Of a stretch of DNA of 56,653 nt, positions 54,570 to 56,653 are shown piece after piece (position 1 is the stretch's first letter; each line of letters starts with the position of its first letter). The notes beneath the pieces are model-generated. The model searched no databases, was not told where the DNA came from, and saw only the letters and a program-made list of their open reading frames with translations. The stretch comes from Betaproteobacteria bacterium (GTDB taxonomy: Bacteria > Pseudomonadota > Gammaproteobacteria > Burkholderiales > JACQAP01): contig JANOGP010000413.1 of assembly GCA_031406075.1 (NCBI GenBank), positions 1 to 56,653 on the forward strand, read 5' to 3'. The position numbers and the translations under genes were made by a program.

Positions 54570-55757
54570 TCAGAGGCGCTCGTAGATCGCGGCGATCCCC
54601 TGTCCCCCGCCGATGCACATGGTCACCAGTGCGTACTTGCCGCCGATGCGCTGAAGTTCGTAGAGCGCCTTCACCGAAATCAGGCAGCCGGTGGCGCCCA
54701 CAGGGTGGCCGATCGCGACCGCGCCGCCGTTCGGGTTGGTCTTCTTCGGATCGAAACCGAGATCCTTCGCCACCGCGCAGGCCTGCGCGGCGAAAGCTTC
54801 GTTGGATTCGATGACGTCCATGTCGGAAACCTTTAATCCTGCCTTCTTCATCGCGTTTTGCACTGCCGGGATCGGGCCCAGGCCCATTAACGTCGGCTCC
54901 ACGCCCGCATGGCCGTAGGCCACCAGCCGCGCCATCGGTTTCAAACCTTTTTTCTCGGCAAGCTTGCGCTCCATCAGCACTACCGCCGCAGCGCCGTCAT
55001 TGATACCCGAAGCGTTGCCCGCGGTAACGGAACCGTCCTTCTTGAACACCGGCCTGAGTTTGCCGAGGCTGTCCATGGTGGTCTCGGCGCGCACGTGCTC
55101 GTCGGTGTCGAAAATCTTCGTGCCCTTTCGGTCCTTGATCTCGATCGGCAGGATCTGTGTTTTGAACCACCCGTTTTTGGCGGCATTAGCCGCGCGACGG
55201 TGGCTTTCCACGGAGAACTCGTCCTGCGCTTCGCGGCCTATCCCGTATTTCGCAGCGACATTTTCCGCGGTCACGCCCATGTGGTTGGCGTCGAACGGAT
55301 CGGACAGCGCGCCGATCAGGGAATCCATCACCACCTGATCGCCCATCTTTGAGCCCCAGCGGGCACTCGGCAGCCAGTAGCTGGCGCGGCTCATGGATTC
55401 GGCGCCGCCAGCGACTGCAATGTCGGCATCACCGAGCGCCACCATCTGCGCCGCGCTGACGATTGCCTGCAGGCCGCTGCCGCACAAGCGGTTCAGCGTC
55501 ACCGCGGGCACTTCCTTCGGAATGCCGCCGTTGATCGCGCACACGCGCGACAGATACATGTCTTTCGGTTCGGTGTGAATCACGTTGCCGAACACCACGT
55601 GGCCGACTTCGTCCGGCGCCACCTTTGCCCGCGACAGCGCCTCGCGCACGCAGCGCGCGCCCAGTTCGGTCGGGGCGAAGTCCTTGAGCGAACCGCCGAA
55701 ATCTCCGACGGCGGTGCGCACGCCCGAAAGCACCACTACTTCACGTCCGTTGTTCAT
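54570..55757 (-). CDS. bktB: beta-ketothiolase (acetyl-CoA C-acyltransferase), BktB-like
   Basis: 395 aa: EVVVLSGVRTAVGDFGGSLKD, NRLCGSGLQA (active Cys), [12 protein letters not shown] and CIGGGQGIAAIYERL. Close to my recollection of R. eutropha BktB. Confidence 0.85.
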   Translation of the reverse strand: MNNGREVVVLSGVRTAVGDFGGSLKDFAPTELGARCVREALSRAKVAPDEVGHVVFGNVIHTEPKDMYLSRVCAINGGIPKEVPAVTLNRLCGSGLQAIVSAAQMVALGDADIAVAGGAESMSRASYWLPSARWGSKMGDQVVMDSLIGALSDPFDANHMGVTAENVAAKYGIGREAQDEFSVESHRRAANAAKNGWFKTQILPIEIKDRKGTKIFDTDEHVRAETTMDSLGKLRPVFKKDGSVTAGNASGINDGAAAVVLMERKLAEKKGLKPMARLVAYGHAGVEPTLMGLGPIPAVQNAMKKAGLKVSDMDVIESNEAFAAQACAVAKDLGFDPKKTNPNGGAVAIGHPVGATGCLISVKALYELQRIGGKYALVTMCIGGGQGIAAIYERL

Positions 55758-55780
55758 TTGTTGTCTCCATCAAAATCTTT

Positions 55781-56030
55781 TTGCCACAGAGGACACAGAG
55801 TACACCGAGAAAGGCAAGACAATGTGCTTGGAATGAATGCGAGTGCTGGGCGCCGCCAATGTGTCGGACTCTGATTGGTCGTGCTCGCCCATGCCAGATT
55901 CCGTTTATCGCTTTCTTAGCGTCCCTTCTTCTTCCCTTTGCGTACCCCACAAGGGGGATTTGAAAAGAATTCTTTGCGTCAACGCTTTTGGCCTTGTTCT
56001 CCTCTGTGAACTCTGTGTCCTCTGTGGCTA
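55781..56030. repeat. composite palindromic element, 9-nt-unit family (copy A4, inverted relative to A2)
   Basis: The left outer arm is GCCACAGAG|GACACAGAG|TACACCGAG; the right arm is its complement. The inner CTTTGCGT array and a 19-nt stretch (55971-55989) are the exact reverse complement of 48721-48739. Confidence 0.85.
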
Positions 56031-56041
56031 AAAGGGGTTTT

Positions 56042-56653
56042 CTAGCGCTCGATCGCGAGAGCCACACCCATGCCGCCGCCGATGCACAGCGAGGCGAGGC
56101 CTTTTTTCGCATCGCGCTTGATCATTTCATGGATCAGCGTCACCAGGATGCGGCACCCGGACGCGCCGATCGGATGGCCGATGGCGATGGCGCCGCCGTT
56201 GACGTTCACTTTCGCGGTATCCCAGCCCATTTCGCGGTTCACCGCGATCGCCTGCGCGGCAAAGGCTTCGTTGATCTCAAGCAGGTCCAGGTCCTTGGTG
56301 GTCCAGCCGGCTTTCTTCAGGCACAGTTTCGAAGCCGGGATCGGACCGATGCCCATGATGCTCGGATCCACGCCGGCGGAGGAGTAGGCCTTGATGCGCA
56401 CCAGTGGCTCGAGGCCAAGTTCCTTCGCTTTGTTTGCCGACATCATGATGACCGCGGCCGCGCCGTCGTTGATGCCGGAGGCGTTGCCCGCGGTTACGGT
56501 CCCGTTCTTGTCGAACGCGGGTTTGAGTCCGGCCAGCGATTCCGCCGTGGTGCCGTGACGCACGAATTCGTCCGAATCGAACACCACCGGATCGCCCTTC
56601 CTCTGCGGGATCGTGATCGGCAGGATTTCGTCCTTGAAGCGGCCGGACTTTTG
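56042..56653 (-). CDS. phaA: acetyl-CoA acetyltransferase (thiolase II), PhaA-like; N-terminal part outside the window
   Basis: The C-terminal ~203 aa are present: [41 protein letters not shown] and [14 protein letters not shown]. Confidence 0.85.
   Translation of the reverse strand, partial: QKSGRFKDEILPITIPQRKGDPVVFDSDEFVRHGTTAESLAGLKPAFDKNGTVTAGNASGINDGAAAVIMMSANKAKELGLEPLVRIKAYSSAGVDPSIMGIGPIPASKLCLKKAGWTTKDLDLLEINEAFAAQAIAVNREMGWDTAKVNVNGGAIAIGHPIGASGCRILVTLIHEMIKRDAKKGLASLCIGGGMGVALAIER

Overview
This is a 56.6-kb high-GC chromosomal segment. The rsgA-phhB-M48-orn synteny and the phasin plus bktB/phaA genes suggest a betaproteobacterium-like host, but that is inference. All family calls rest on motifs I recognised by eye; no searches were run. 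About 55 CDSs are supported, with no rRNA, tRNA, CRISPR, integrase or transposase gene. The window is dominated by catabolism of nitrogen-rich compounds. (1) 1-9.6 kb: a GntR regulator and allophanate hydrolase lie divergent from a tight five-gene operon. That operon encodes a BiuH-like cysteine hydrolase, DUF2877, FdrA, DUF1116 and carbamate kinase (homologues of the E. coli oxamate transcarbamylase allFGH plus allK), followed by an NCS2-like permease. (2) 9.9-17.7 kb: an AraC regulator and an hmfABCDE-like 2-furoyl-CoA pathway, in which the molybdenum-hydroxylase large subunit is fused to a CoxG domain. (3) 22.4-38.8 kb: a canonical ureABC with no accessory genes, then divergent amiC-amiR. 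An ANTAR-type leader follows, with two hexaloop hairpins overlapping an intrinsic terminator. Downstream is a long co-directional gene string: urtABCDE-like, amiE, ureE, ureF, fused ureAB, a divergent ureC2, ureG and ureD. An orphan CbbQ/CbbO (MoxR-vWA) pair comes next. (4) 42-56.6 kb: housekeeping genes (APC permease, lipase-like hydrolase, AmpE-like protein, rsgA, phhB, M48 peptidase, orn, pgi, phasin, EI24, two thiolases). Many intergenic spacers carry palindromic elements built from tandem 9-nt (GNCACAGAG / GACGCAAAG), 7-nt (GAGGNNN / NNNCCTC) or CCCTCTCCCC/GGGGAGAGGG units; several contain canonical G-quadruplex motifs. One 360-bp MITE-like element has perfect 21-bp terminal inverted repeats. 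The most interesting candidates are the divergent urease paralog wired into an AmiC/AmiR-controlled amide-uptake operon, its neighbouring CbbQO pair, and the biuret/allophanate plus AllFGH/carbamate-kinase locus.
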